Positions 1-9,626 of a stretch of 64,000 nt of DNA are shown piece by piece. Source of the stretch: an uncultured Gemmatimonadales bacterium (GTDB lineage Bacteria > Gemmatimonadota > Gemmatimonadetes > Gemmatimonadales > GWC2-71-9); assembly GCA_963695555.1 (NCBI GenBank), contig CAVOGR010000007.1, positions 160,001-224,000 on the forward strand, read 5' to 3'. Numbering within the stretch: position 1 is the stretch's first letter; the number at the start of each line of letters is the position of its first letter. The notes below the pieces were generated by a model. It was not told the DNA's origin. It saw only the letters and a program-made list of their open reading frames with translations, and did no database searches. A program made the translations under genes and the position numbers.

Positions 1-2
1 AG

Positions 3-959
3 ACCCGCGAACTCCGTTTTTTCGATGACGCCGGCGAGCATCTCACGACGAGCGGTCGCCAAGGCGGTGGCCCAGGCGAGTTCCAGAATATCGGTCTGGT
101 GTGGCTCGGCCCGGCGGACACGCTGTGGATCTACGACTTCAACTCCCGCCGGCTCTCCACACTGGACGCGAATGGCGCGTATCTCGATGGCTACATCCTC
201 AGGCCGCCAGGCCAATTCCAAGCCGTGTTACCGGCGGGGCGGCTATCCGATGGCCGGCTCGTCGCCCCCGTGTTTGTATTTGACACCACGGCCAAGTCCG
301 GCGTCTATCGCGAACCGCGCCCCCATGTGGCCTACCAGGTTGACGGTACCGTGAGCGACACGCTGGGCATGTTCCCCGGCCCTGAGATGTACACCACCAC
401 CATGACCTTCAACGACCAAACGTTTCCACGGCCGACCCAGCGCCCGTTCGGACTGAATACCCAGATCAGCGTCTTTCGGGATGAGATCTTCGTCGGAACC
501 AACGAGAGTTATGAGATCCAGGTGTTTGACGCGACGGGAAGCCTCCAACGCCTGATTCGTGCGGCGCATCCGCGCGAGGCTGTCGGGCCAGACGACGTCG
601 CCGAGTACAAGCGGTTCATGCATGAGCTCATCCTCGACAATCAGGGCAACATCCCCGAGCAGCTTCGGGAGCAGCTCGAAGAACAATTCGAGGATGCTCC
701 CTACCCCGATGCGTTCCCCTATTACAGCGGCATTCGCACCGATACGGAGGGGAATCTCTGGGTCCAAGCCGGAACACAGCGTCACCAGCGTGACGTCTAC
801 CGTTATACCGTCTTCGATACGACCGGGCAGGAGCTGGGACGAGTCACCATGCCGGAGCGGTTCACACCCATGCAGATCGGCGGGAGCTTCGTACTTGGAG
901 TCTGGCGGGACGACGACGACGTGGAATACGTGCGGCTGTACCGCCTGATCAAGGAATAG
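3..959 (+). CDS. 6-bladed beta-propeller protein, 5'-truncated by the window edge
   Basis: Frame is open from position 3 (TRELRFFDDAGEHLTTSGRQGGGPGEFQ...). It aligns by eye with the next gene (TQELRFFAADGTHLHTAGGVGEGPGEL; shared C-terminus MPERF.P...G..VLGVW.DDDD.E.VRLY.L). Confidence 0.8.
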   Translation, partial: TRELRFFDDAGEHLTTSGRQGGGPGEFQNIGLVWLGPADTLWIYDFNSRRLSTLDANGAYLDGYILRPPGQFQAVLPAGRLSDGRLVAPVFVFDTTAKSGVYREPRPHVAYQVDGTVSDTLGMFPGPEMYTTTMTFNDQTFPRPTQRPFGLNTQISVFRDEIFVGTNESYEIQVFDATGSLQRLIRAAHPREAVGPDDVAEYKRFMHELILDNQGNIPEQLREQLEEQFEDAPYPDAFPYYSGIRTDTEGNLWVQAGTQRHQRDVYRYTVFDTTGQELGRVTMPERFTPMQIGGSFVLGVWRDDDDVEYVRLYRLIKE

Positions 960-965
960 GAAATC

Positions 966-2204
966 ATGCTCACACGGATGTTCGCGCGACGGGTGGGATC
1001 GGTGTACGCAATCGGCATGATCATCAATGCCGGGTGCAGCGGCTCGGACCGGCCCCAAGACCGGGTAATGGTCCGCGACAGCGCGGGTGTCGCCATCGTG
1101 GAGAGCACGGCACCGGCCTGGGCCGAGGGAGGGGGCTGGACGGTGGGCGAGACACCGAGTGTCGACATCGGGGGACAGGCGGACGAGTCGGCGTATGACC
1201 TCTTTCAGGTCGTCGGCGCGCTCAGGCTCGCAGATGGACGCATCGTGATCGCCGACGGCGGCACCCAGGAGCTCCGGTTCTTTGCGGCTGACGGTACCCA
1301 TCTCCATACCGCGGGCGGCGTGGGGGAGGGCCCCGGTGAGTTGACCGGCCTTGGCCTCATGGTATCCCTCCCAGGAGATACCCTTCTCACTTTCGACTTT
1401 CGCCAAGTCCGTATCTCACGTTTCGACCACAACGGGACGTTCCTTGATGCCCATTCGCTCGCCGGCATAGAGAGGGCAAGCCTCCGGATGATCGGCGCCT
1501 TAGGCGATGACGCGATCCTCTCTCGGAGCGGAGGTGCCTTTGCGCCGGGAAGCCTGCCCCCAGGAGTTGGCCGTGATACGGCGCTTTACCTGGTCCACCA
1601 GTTGCCCGTAGCACACCTCGACACGGTCGGCCGATTCCCCGATACCGAGCGATTCGTCAAGAATGAGGGACAGCTCACGACGACTCAGATGCTTCCGTTC
1701 GGACGGCAAACCGTCGTATCCACGTCCGGCGATCAGATCGTCGTCGGCATCGGCGACACCTATGAGCTACGGGTGTACAACCGGAGTGGAGCTGTGCACG
1801 CTATCATCCGATGGGACGTCGCGATCCGGCCAGTCACACCCGACCAGGTGGAGGCCTACAAGCAGGCAGAAAGAGGGCGCCTCGGTACGAGCGGCAACGT
1901 GGAGCCGAGGTTTCGAGCGATGTTCGAGCAAGCCCTCGAACAAATGCCCTACCCCTCAACTCACCGGCCGTACGATGCACTATGGGTTGATCGCGATGGA
2001 AGTCTCTGGGTACTCGACCCTATCATGCCCAGCGACACTGCCCTCCGATTCCAGGTCTTCGATTCCGGCGGCAAGTGGCTCGGCGGAGTTTCAATGCCGG
2101 AACGGTTCCGTCCCACCGATTTTGGCCGCGACTATGTCCTCGGCGTATGGGCGGACGATGACGATATCGAACACGTCCGACTCTACCCGCTCCTCAAGCG
2201 GTAG
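966..2204 (+). CDS. 6-bladed beta-propeller family lipoprotein (paralog of the upstream gene)
   Basis: RBS (AGGAAA) precedes ATG; lipobox-like INAGC; VRDSAGVAIVE and GEGPGE motifs; D.DGSLWV blade. Confidence 0.8.
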   Translation: MLTRMFARRVGSVYAIGMIINAGCSGSDRPQDRVMVRDSAGVAIVESTAPAWAEGGGWTVGETPSVDIGGQADESAYDLFQVVGALRLADGRIVIADGGTQELRFFAADGTHLHTAGGVGEGPGELTGLGLMVSLPGDTLLTFDFRQVRISRFDHNGTFLDAHSLAGIERASLRMIGALGDDAILSRSGGAFAPGSLPPGVGRDTALYLVHQLPVAHLDTVGRFPDTERFVKNEGQLTTTQMLPFGRQTVVSTSGDQIVVGIGDTYELRVYNRSGAVHAIIRWDVAIRPVTPDQVEAYKQAERGRLGTSGNVEPRFRAMFEQALEQMPYPSTHRPYDALWVDRDGSLWVLDPIMPSDTALRFQVFDSGGKWLGGVSMPERFRPTDFGRDYVLGVWADDDDIEHVRLYPLLKR

Positions 2205-3468
2205 CCCCAGCCTCAACGCCACCACCTACGACCCCCGCGAAATCACGCCCGCTCGGGTTCTGGAACACCCGGAGGTCGAACTGCGGGGCGATGGACAGGA
2301 TGTGGTCGAAGATGTCCGACTGGATGCCCTCGTACGTTACCCACCGCGTGTCGCTCGCAAAGCAATAGATCTGCATGGGCAGGCCGTGGGGCGTCGGCTC
2401 CAGTTGCCGCACGATCTGGGTCATTCCCTGATGCACCTTCGAGTGACGGCGAAGATATTCGACCAGATATGCGCGGAGCGTGCCGACATTGGTGAGCCGC
2501 TTGGTGTTCGAGATGATCTCGGGATCTTGCACGTGGGTGGCGTTGTACTCCGTCAGCTCCCGGCGTTTCGTCTTGATGTACTCCTCGAGCAGCGCGAAGC
2601 GCTCGAAATAGGCGAGGTCATCGTCGTCGAGAAAGCGGATCGAGTTGGTGTCGATGTAAAAGGTCCGCTTGATCCGACGGCCGCCCGATTCCGACATCCC
2701 ACGCCAATTCTTGAACGATTCGCTGATTAGCCGGTGGGTGGGAATCGTAGTGATGGTCTTGTCCCAATTCTGCACCTTGACCGTGTGGAGCGCGATGTCG
2801 ATCACGTCGCCATCGGCGCCGAAGGTCGGCATTTCGATCCAGTCGCCCACCCGCACCATGTCATAGCTGGCCAACTGCAGGCTGGCAACGAACGACAGAA
2901 TGGTGTCGCGGAAGATCAGGAGAACCACCGCGGTCATGGCCCCAACGCCGCTCATCAGCACCAGGGGCGATTGCCCGGTGAGCGTGGCAATGATGAGCAC
3001 CGCCCCGATCACGTAGATGAAGATCTTGGCGAGCTGGAGATGGCCCTTGATGGGCTTCCCGTCGGCGAGCGTGCTGGTCTCGTAGATGGCGTTGACGGCC
3101 GTGATGAGCGCCCCGGCCGCGAGCAACACAGCCAACACCATGAGGGCGAGCGCCATCCGCTGGATGATGAGCACCGCCGTATCCGACAGGCCCGTGATCA
3201 AGCCCAGGCCGAGATAGACGGTGACCACCGGAGCGAGATACGCAGCTCGCTCGAACACCCTCGCCTCGAGGAATTGATCGTCCCACTTGACGGTGGAAGT
3301 ACGGACGACACGGCGCACCAGCACGAGGAGCACGCGTTTCGTGACCAGGTACACCACGATCGCCAGGAGCCCCAAACCGAGGACTCCCATCCAGTCCGTG
3401 AGATAGGCCTGAGCCGTCAGCCGGTCGAGGATCGATGTCGGAGTGTTTGCTGCCTGGATCGAGAGCAT
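2194..3468 (-). CDS. ybdG: MscS-family mechanosensitive channel, YbdG/MscM type
   Basis: N-terminal TM helices; VRVGDWIEMP..GADGDVIDIALHTVKVQNWDKTITTIPT, SFKNWRGMSESGGRRIKR and YEGIQSDIFDH motifs. Confidence 0.92.
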   Translation of the reverse strand: MLSIQAANTPTSILDRLTAQAYLTDWMGVLGLGLLAIVVYLVTKRVLLVLVRRVVRTSTVKWDDQFLEARVFERAAYLAPVVTVYLGLGLITGLSDTAVLIIQRMALALMVLAVLLAAGALITAVNAIYETSTLADGKPIKGHLQLAKIFIYVIGAVLIIATLTGQSPLVLMSGVGAMTAVVLLIFRDTILSFVASLQLASYDMVRVGDWIEMPTFGADGDVIDIALHTVKVQNWDKTITTIPTHRLISESFKNWRGMSESGGRRIKRTFYIDTNSIRFLDDDDLAYFERFALLEEYIKTKRRELTEYNATHVQDPEIISNTKRLTNVGTLRAYLVEYLRRHSKVHQGMTQIVRQLEPTPHGLPMQIYCFASDTRWVTYEGIQSDIFDHILSIAPQFDLRVFQNPSGRDFAGVVGGGVEAGATA

Positions 3469-3636
3469 GTGAACTTCCCGGTCAACGTCGGGCCGTCAGC
3501 GGATCGGAGTTCCCAAATGTAGCATCGAATGGCCGCACACAGGTGAATCGAGGATGATAGGTGTCCGGCTGCCGTCTTCTGGCCTTTTCTGCCGAGCCCC
3601 TGGCATGAGACAGCGTTCGGTTCTAGGCTTCCGGGC

Positions 3637-4401
3637 ATGACTCCCTGGGTAACCCGTATTCTGTTCGCCACCGTGGGCATGTACTTCGCAAGCCGGGCCG
3701 CGCCCAGCCTGGCGTCGGCGCTGGTCCTGGTGCCTCGAGCCATCGTCCTCAGGCCCTGGACCCCGATTACCTACATGTTCCTGCATGCCGACTTCTGGCA
3801 CCTGGCCTTCAACATGCTGGGCCTCTACTTCTTCGGGCCAAGACTGGAGCTGCGCCTGGGCGGGCGGCGATTTCTGTTGCTCTACTTCCTGAGCGGTATC
3901 AGCGGCGCACTGCTCTCGCTTATCTTCACGCCGTCGGCTGCGATCATCGGCGCATCGGGCGGCGTGTTCGGCGTCTTCCTCGGGTTCGCAATGTTCTGGC
4001 CCCGCGAGCGGGTGTTCATCTTCGGCATCCTGCCGATGGAATCGTGGCTCTTGGTCACGATGATGACCGTGGTGGCCCTCTTCGGCGGCGTCACATCCTC
4101 TCGCGGTGGCATCGCTCACTTCGCCCACTTGGGCGGCTTCCTGGGCGCCCTACTCTACCTCAAGTTCCTCCAGCACACCTCACCGGCCCGCAAATTCAAG
4201 CAGCGCGTTAAGGCTCCGCCCGGGCGGACCAGCGGCAGCGACCGGACCAGCCTGGAGCGCTGGGCCACAATCCCCCGCGAATCCATGCACGAGATCAACC
4301 GCGCCGAAGTCGATCGGCTGCTCCACAAGGCCCAAACGCAAGGCGTGAGCAGCCTCACCCAGAGCGAACGGGACTGCCTCGACCGGTTCAGCCCCACGTA
4401 G
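3637..4401 (+). CDS. Rhomboid intramembrane serine protease with a C-terminal helical domain
   Basis: TYMFLH..FWHLAFNM; catalytic GASG; AHFAHLGG; soluble tail EVDRLLHK...SLTQSER (DUF6576-like). Confidence 0.92.
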   Translation: MTPWVTRILFATVGMYFASRAAPSLASALVLVPRAIVLRPWTPITYMFLHADFWHLAFNMLGLYFFGPRLELRLGGRRFLLLYFLSGISGALLSLIFTPSAAIIGASGGVFGVFLGFAMFWPRERVFIFGILPMESWLLVTMMTVVALFGGVTSSRGGIAHFAHLGGFLGALLYLKFLQHTSPARKFKQRVKAPPGRTSGSDRTSLERWATIPRESMHEINRAEVDRLLHKAQTQGVSSLTQSERDCLDRFSPT

Positions 4402-4483
4402 GAGCGTGTGTCATGCGAAAGCCCGCCTGATGTCGCTCTCCTGGCCGACCGCGGGCGGGCTCGTCTGCGGGAGAAACCCGTGG

Positions 4484-5086
4484 CTAGTGCTGATGCTCGG
4501 GTGAGCTCAGGTACTGCTCCGGAATCGGGAGGTCCGGGTATTCCGGCTGCCAGAAGATCGTCACCACCCACCAGCGGCCCTTCTCATGTAGTAGCTGGAA
4601 ACTGTTGATCCCCCGCATGAAGGGCTCCGCGTCGTCCGCCTTCCGCCGCGACTCGTAGGTACTGAACACATGCACCACGCTGCCGTAACGCTCCACGCGG
4701 CGGGCAACCTCCACCTCGAAGAAGCCACCGCCCTCCAGCTGCGGCCCGGCGAGCGAGACGTAGTCCTCGATCGTCATGATACGGTGACCCGTTTCACCAG
4801 TCTCGCGGTTCCGCCCGGTGGGAATGAGCCGTGCGCCCTCGATGAACAGCGATCGGAACCGGCCCCAGTCCCGTCTCTGGCCGGCAGGCCCTGAGATGAC
4901 GTCGTACACCGCCGCCATGATGGCGTCCACCGACGCCACGTCCGCCGGATTCGTCGCGACGGGGCCGGAAGCAGGAGCTGGCGCAGGCGCCTCTTGGGCC
5001 AAGCCGGCTGCAGGATTCGCGGCGATCAGCCCCAGCGAGACGAGGGCGGCAGGAAGGGATGGAACAATGCGCATTGCGGTCCTCAT
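4484..5086 (-). CDS. Secreted NTF2/SnoaL-fold-like conserved hypothetical protein
   Basis: Signal peptide; YDVISGPAG..RDW.RFRSLF, FSTYESR and RGINSFQL...GRWW motifs. Confidence 0.7.
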   Translation of the reverse strand: MRTAMRIVPSLPAALVSLGLIAANPAAGLAQEAPAPAPASGPVATNPADVASVDAIMAAVYDVISGPAGQRRDWGRFRSLFIEGARLIPTGRNRETGETGHRIMTIEDYVSLAGPQLEGGGFFEVEVARRVERYGSVVHVFSTYESRRKADDAEPFMRGINSFQLLHEKGRWWVVTIFWQPEYPDLPIPEQYLSSPEHQH

Positions 5087-5234
5087 CGTTCGGGAAATGT
5101 CCGGGAAGCGACGGAAACGGCCCCGCCGACATTCCCTACGGAAGGGCCGGCCTGGAGATTCGAAGTCTCAATTATCGGAGCGGGTGGCCCAGCAAACTGG
5201 ACCACCCGCTCCGAGGACGCAGGCTGCCAGCGCA

Positions 5235-6494
5235 TCAGTTCGGCGCGTGCACCGTCGGCCCGCCGTAGTTTCGGTTTCGGCCTATCGCGGGGCCGCTCTC
5301 CAACACGATATCGTTGTCGATCGTAGCGATCACTTGGCGGATGGAGCCCGGGAAGGGCTCGGTCCGGGCGTTCTTGCCGAATGGATCGGAGTACCACACC
5401 TCCGGACCGTCCGCGTTGGTGATCCGGTTACTGTTGATGTCGACGAATCGTTGGACGCCGTCGAATTCCGACCGCGGATCGTCATACGTCACGCCGAGGA
5501 GCGTGCCGTCGGCCGTCGAATTCTCGCAGAGCGAGGTCTGGGCATAATCGCCGTTCGTCTCGACTTCGTAGCAGGCATCGATGGGCCGCCCAACGAAGTT
5601 CGGCAGAGCCGGGTCGTAGAACCGGCTGGGATGGAGGACCTGGTAGTACGGATTGATGCTCGCGATGCTGTGCCCACCTTCCGTCCGGATGCTCTGGGAG
5701 ATCTGCCAACTCTCCCGGAGCGCCGTGCTGATGTTGGATGACTGTCCCGCTGGAACCAGAAAGAACTCCTCGATGCATCCGCGATCCGGCAGGATCCGCC
5801 TGCCGCCTCCGGATGGCGAGCCGGCCGGTGTGGCGGTTCCTACTTGAACATGCGCGTCGTGATCGCACGAGCGGATGAACTCACCCGGCGTCCCGATAGC
5901 CGCCATCATGGTGAGGTGCATCTCCGTTCCGTCGATGCAGCGAATGTGGTACACCAATTCGTGCAGGTTGTTGGTGAAGGCATCCTTCGAGTGGGTGCCC
6001 TGATGCAGTTTGGTCAGCACGTCGCAGGTAATACGCAGGCCGGCAGATGCGGCATCCCCGTTCAGCCGCATCTCGACGTCATTCTCCCACTCGACCTTGT
6101 GCCCAACATGGTCCTCATGGCGTGGCGTTCCCGGATCGTAGATGTCGAGCGCCTCGTTGGCGTACCCGAATGCAATGTCCCCGACCTCCTGATACAGATC
6201 CGACCCGCGGGGATCCCGGCCATGTTCGTGACCGAAGGAACATCCTGTCGCCGGATCGACCGGTGGGTGCCAGGTGGGGTAGAGCTGCCGATCCGGCCCG
6301 ACCACCGAGTAGGCGTCGTGAATGGTGGGTGAGCATTCGCCCGGGCCCGGAGTCCACTTGCCAAACGCCGTCGCCGGACCGGTCGCCGTCTCGGGCCCGG
6401 TTGACTTGTCAAACGCCGAAGAACATCCGGCGAGCATCATGGTCACCGGCAGGGTGACGGCAACCAGTAGTCGGTTCCCACAGATCGAACCCAT
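5235..6494 (-). CDS. His/Cys-rich hypothetical lipoprotein
   Basis: GAGGAGG RBS before the ATG at 6494; lipobox LAGC; motifs TWHPP, GHEHG, HEDHVGHK, LHQGTHS, NNLHE. Confidence 0.75.
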   Translation of the reverse strand: MGSICGNRLLVAVTLPVTMMLAGCSSAFDKSTGPETATGPATAFGKWTPGPGECSPTIHDAYSVVGPDRQLYPTWHPPVDPATGCSFGHEHGRDPRGSDLYQEVGDIAFGYANEALDIYDPGTPRHEDHVGHKVEWENDVEMRLNGDAASAGLRITCDVLTKLHQGTHSKDAFTNNLHELVYHIRCIDGTEMHLTMMAAIGTPGEFIRSCDHDAHVQVGTATPAGSPSGGGRRILPDRGCIEEFFLVPAGQSSNISTALRESWQISQSIRTEGGHSIASINPYYQVLHPSRFYDPALPNFVGRPIDACYEVETNGDYAQTSLCENSTADGTLLGVTYDDPRSEFDGVQRFVDINSNRITNADGPEVWYSDPFGKNARTEPFPGSIRQVIATIDNDIVLESGPAIGRNRNYGGPTVHAPN

Positions 6495-6619
6495 CGACTC
6501 CTCCTCACGAAACGGCGCGCCGGCCAACGTCGTGCGACGCTGACCGGACATAGTGCAATGCCTTGCATGCACTTACGCTTTCAGGATGTGTCAAACTGCA
6601 GGTGCGATGAATACTCCAC

Positions 6620-6635
6620 CGTGATACGTGTCACA
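6620..6635. promoter_or_regulatory. CRP/FNR-like palindrome cGTGA-N6-TCACA
   Basis: Sequence CGTGATACGTGTCACA matches 9/10 of TGTGA-N6-TCACA. It lies upstream of a minus-strand TTGACA (6589-6594) ahead of the 6494 gene. Confidence 0.4.
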
Positions 6636-6663
6636 TGGGCGTCGTCATCGCGCCCACGGCGGC

Positions 6664-7233
6664 CTAATGCCAGGTCATACCGAGACCGACTTGGAGAAAG
6701 CTGAGCGTGGCGTCCCCCGCGATGCGGGTGCCGTTGAAGTTGCGATTGCCGTGGGCCGATCCGATGGCCGTCACAAACGGCACGAGGGACATGTTGCGGC
6801 CGATCTGGAATTCGTAGCCCAGCCCGATCTGTGCCGCCAGGGCGCGGGAGGTCAGCGCGTCGGCATCATCGTCGAGCCGGTCGGCAATGACGCCGAGGCC
6901 CCCTTTGACGTACCACGACCCGCGGTTGGGATACCAGAGCGCGATGGCGCTGAGCGAGCCCATGGCCCGGTCGATGGCGTTTTCATCATGCATCCACCCG
7001 TTTGCCTCGACACCCAGCAGGAACCCGGGTGTGATAGTCCCACCCAATCTGAAGTACGCGGAATACGAGCTGTGCCGATCGCTGACGCAAATGGTACACG
7101 CGGTCTTGGCAAAGCCCACGCCGAGTCCGGCACCATACCAGAAACCTTCATTCAGACTGCTCTGCGCGGCAGCCGGCGACGCGGTCGCGCCGACGGCGAG
7201 GGCACCCATGACGGTAAGGGGGTTGAGACGCAT
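6664..7233 (-). CDS. Small outer-membrane beta-barrel protein
   Basis: Signal peptide ending AAAQ; alternating amphipathic strands (WYVKGGLGV, AQIGLGYEF); C-terminal QVGLGMTWH. Confidence 0.75.
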   Translation of the reverse strand: MRLNPLTVMGALAVGATASPAAAQSSLNEGFWYGAGLGVGFAKTACTICVSDRHSSYSAYFRLGGTITPGFLLGVEANGWMHDENAIDRAMGSLSAIALWYPNRGSWYVKGGLGVIADRLDDDADALTSRALAAQIGLGYEFQIGRNMSLVPFVTAIGSAHGNRNFNGTRIAGDATLSFLQVGLGMTWH

Positions 7234-7300
7234 CGAATCCTCGAGGCAACGGTTCACGGCTTGCCGGGCGGCCGGACGGCGCGAACAAGCCGGTGCCAAA

Positions 7301-7316
7301 AGCAGAAACCGTGCCC
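7301..7316 (-). promoter_or_regulatory. Putative sigma54 (-24/-12) promoter
   Basis: Minus strand reads GGGCACG-GTTT-CTGCT (GG-N10-GC), about 70 bp upstream of the beta-barrel start. Confidence 0.5.
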
Positions 7317-7515
7317 TCACGGCCGTGCGCCGGCGCAACACCGAGCGCATCTCATTGCCTTGAGACGGCCTATCGGTCAATCTCCTAGTCGGCGAGGCGC
7401 GAGGCCGGAGCCGTCCGGAGGACCGTAACTCTGGCGAAGTGCCCGACCGCCCAAGGTTCGGTAGCCATCGACTCGGGCGGGAAACAACCAGCAATCCCTT
7501 CGTGGAGCCTTCGAC

Positions 7516-8520
7516 ATGCACTGGCTGCTGCACCACCATCCGGTCTCGAGTTTGGGACTCTTGCTCGCCGCGGCGCTCCTCCCGCAACCAGGGCCACCCC
7601 GGGCGGACCACGCCGACGCACCGTACGTACTCGTGCTGGGTATCGCCCAGGACGGCGGCGTTCCCCAGGCAGGGGCCTCGCCCTCGAGTGCGCGTGAATC
7701 CGACGAATTTCGGCGATACGTGGTATCACTCGCGCTGGTCGATCCGGAAACCGGTAAGCGCTGGATGTTCGAGGCCACTCCGGATTTCCCGGCACAGCTC
7801 CGCGTGCTCGATCGTATCGCACCCGCCCCAGCCGCACCCGCACTCCAGGGCATCTTCCTCACGCACGCGCACATGGGCCACTACACCGGGCTGATGCATC
7901 TGGGCCATGAGGCGATGGGAGCCCGTGGGATACCGGTGTACGCCATGCCCAAGATGGCCGAATTCCTCCGGACCAACGGCCCATGGAGTCAACTCGTTCG
8001 ACTCGAGAACATCACAGTCCATCTCCTCCAAGACGCGGTGCCCGTCGAGCTGAATGAGCGGCTGTCGGTCACGCCGCTCTTGGTGCCGCACCGGCAGGAG
8101 TTTTCCGAGGTGGTCGGGTATCGCATCCAGGGACCGGAGCGTGCGGTGCTATTCATTCCGGACATCGACCGGTGGGGCGCATGGGACCGCGAGGGCCATC
8201 GCATCGAGGACGTGCTCGCCGGCGTCGACGTGGCCTACCTCGACGGCACCTTCTTCGCGGATCGTGAAGTCGGGGGACGCGACATGTCGTCCTTCCCGCA
8301 TCCGTTCATCACTACCACCATGGAACGACTCGGCGCGCTCCCAGAGGACCAGCGTGCCAAAGTGCGCTTCATTCATCTGAACCACACCAACCCGGCGCTC
8401 CATGCGTCGAGCCCCGCCCGAGCGGCCATCACCAGGGCGGGCTTCAGAGTGGCCGAGGAATTCGAACGGGTGCCACTCGGGAAGATTGGCCCAGCACAAC
8501 CAGATAGGGGTGGTAGGTGA
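7516..8520 (+). CDS. Exported MBL-fold metallo-hydrolase, PqqB-like
   Basis: VLGIAQDGGVPQ, FEATPD, LTHAHMGHY, VPHR.EFSE, FIPDID.W and FIHLNHTNP motifs. Confidence 0.85.
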   Translation: MHWLLHHHPVSSLGLLLAAALLPQPGPPRADHADAPYVLVLGIAQDGGVPQAGASPSSARESDEFRRYVVSLALVDPETGKRWMFEATPDFPAQLRVLDRIAPAPAAPALQGIFLTHAHMGHYTGLMHLGHEAMGARGIPVYAMPKMAEFLRTNGPWSQLVRLENITVHLLQDAVPVELNERLSVTPLLVPHRQEFSEVVGYRIQGPERAVLFIPDIDRWGAWDREGHRIEDVLAGVDVAYLDGTFFADREVGGRDMSSFPHPFITTTMERLGALPEDQRAKVRFIHLNHTNPALHASSPARAAITRAGFRVAEEFERVPLGKIGPAQPDRGGR

Positions 8521-8569
8521 TGATCAAGCAACGTCACACCAATCGGTTACCTGGCGTAGGTATCAAGAT

Positions 8570-8595
8570 GAAACAAGCGGGACCGGTACATCGTA
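8570..8595 (+). promoter_or_regulatory. Putative ECF promoter GAAAC-N17-CGTA
   Basis: Same spacing as the motifs at 16175, 46614 and 48798; about 25 bp upstream of the ATG at 8619. Confidence 0.45.
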
Positions 8596-8618
8596 TGGGA
8601 AGGCAAAGGAGAATCACG

Positions 8619-8882
8619 ATGACCGCTTTCGCCCTACCGCTCGACCAGGTGGTGTGCTCGGGAGCCTTCCAATCCATCACCGCGACCGCGCTCGAGTTCC
8701 TGAGCCGGACCCGTGCAGAGGCGCGCCCTCGAGTCGCCAAGGCGGAGCGCGTGATCACGCTCGAGCGCAAGAACTACGTGTTGCTGACCCAGGAGGGCGA
8801 GCGAATCGGCATCATTCCGGTTCCCGAGCGGCGCCCGGTCCTGGGCCGGCTCCAGCCGACGCTCTACTTGCGACGCTGTTAA
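8619..8882 (+). CDS. Small hypothetical protein (87 aa)
   Basis: AAGGAG RBS; ORF MTAFALPLDQVVCSG...; GC-rich third codon positions. Confidence 0.55.
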   Translation: MTAFALPLDQVVCSGAFQSITATALEFLSRTRAEARPRVAKAERVITLERKNYVLLTQEGERIGIIPVPERRPVLGRLQPTLYLRRC

Positions 8883-8991
8883 CTCAGACGAGCTTCTTTC
8901 CCATGCAGTCCTAGTGCGACGCCCGCGAAGACCGTACCTTCCTCTCCCACGTCTCAGCACAACAATCGACATTCCTGCACTGGAGCGTTGA

Positions 8992-9471
8992 ATGGCGGGC
9001 AGGTCGGAGTCTCCCGGGGCTCTCATGTTGAATTCGTGGGAGCGGCTCCGGTCGAAGCCCGGCGGAAAATGGCTGTTCAACCGATTGCTCGCGTTCCGGG
9101 TGCCCTACACCGGCACCGCCGGCCCGAGTGTCGAGGAGCTTCGACCCGGTTATGCCAAGGTGTCGATGCGCGACCGCCGCCGGGTTCGGAACCACCTCAA
9201 CTCGATCCATGCGATTGCGATCGCCAACCTCGGTGAGGTCACGAGCGGCCTGGCCATGCTGGTCGGGCTGCCTGTGAATGTGCGTGGCATCGTGCTCGGC
9301 CTGTCGGTCGAGTACCTGAAGAAGGCCCGCGGTACGCTCGTAGCGGAGTGCGCCACCGACATACCGCGGGTAGAAGAGCCGACGGAGCACACGGTCATGG
9401 CTGACATCCGCGATGCCGAGGGCGAGACGGTGGCGCGGGTCACCGCCCGATGGCGGCTGAGCCCCAGTTAG
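8992..9471 (+). CDS. Hotdog-fold / PaaI-like thioesterase (DUF4442-like)
   Basis: [24 protein letters not shown] and [11 protein letters not shown] motifs. Confidence 0.85.
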   Translation: MAGRSESPGALMLNSWERLRSKPGGKWLFNRLLAFRVPYTGTAGPSVEELRPGYAKVSMRDRRRVRNHLNSIHAIAIANLGEVTSGLAMLVGLPVNVRGIVLGLSVEYLKKARGTLVAECATDIPRVEEPTEHTVMADIRDAEGETVARVTARWRLSPS

Positions 9472-9626
9472 CACCGTCCCAGGTCCTACGATCGAGCCCA
9501 TCCCATCACTTGATCTGCATTACGTCATAGCTGGTAGCCCGCGTACGCGCAGTCGAAGGTTGCGATCAAGTGACCTCGGTAATCACGTAACCCGAGGCCG
9601 TGAACGCGCGTGACATGGCGTCCCTC

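Noticed and set aside
7516..8520. PQQ biosynthesis locus
   Set aside because: Only a PqqB-like MBL fold with a signal peptide; no pqqA/C/D/E nearby.
9472..9626. Integron attC site
   Set aside because: No convincing RYYYAAC/GTTRRRY ends, no repeated copies and no integrase.
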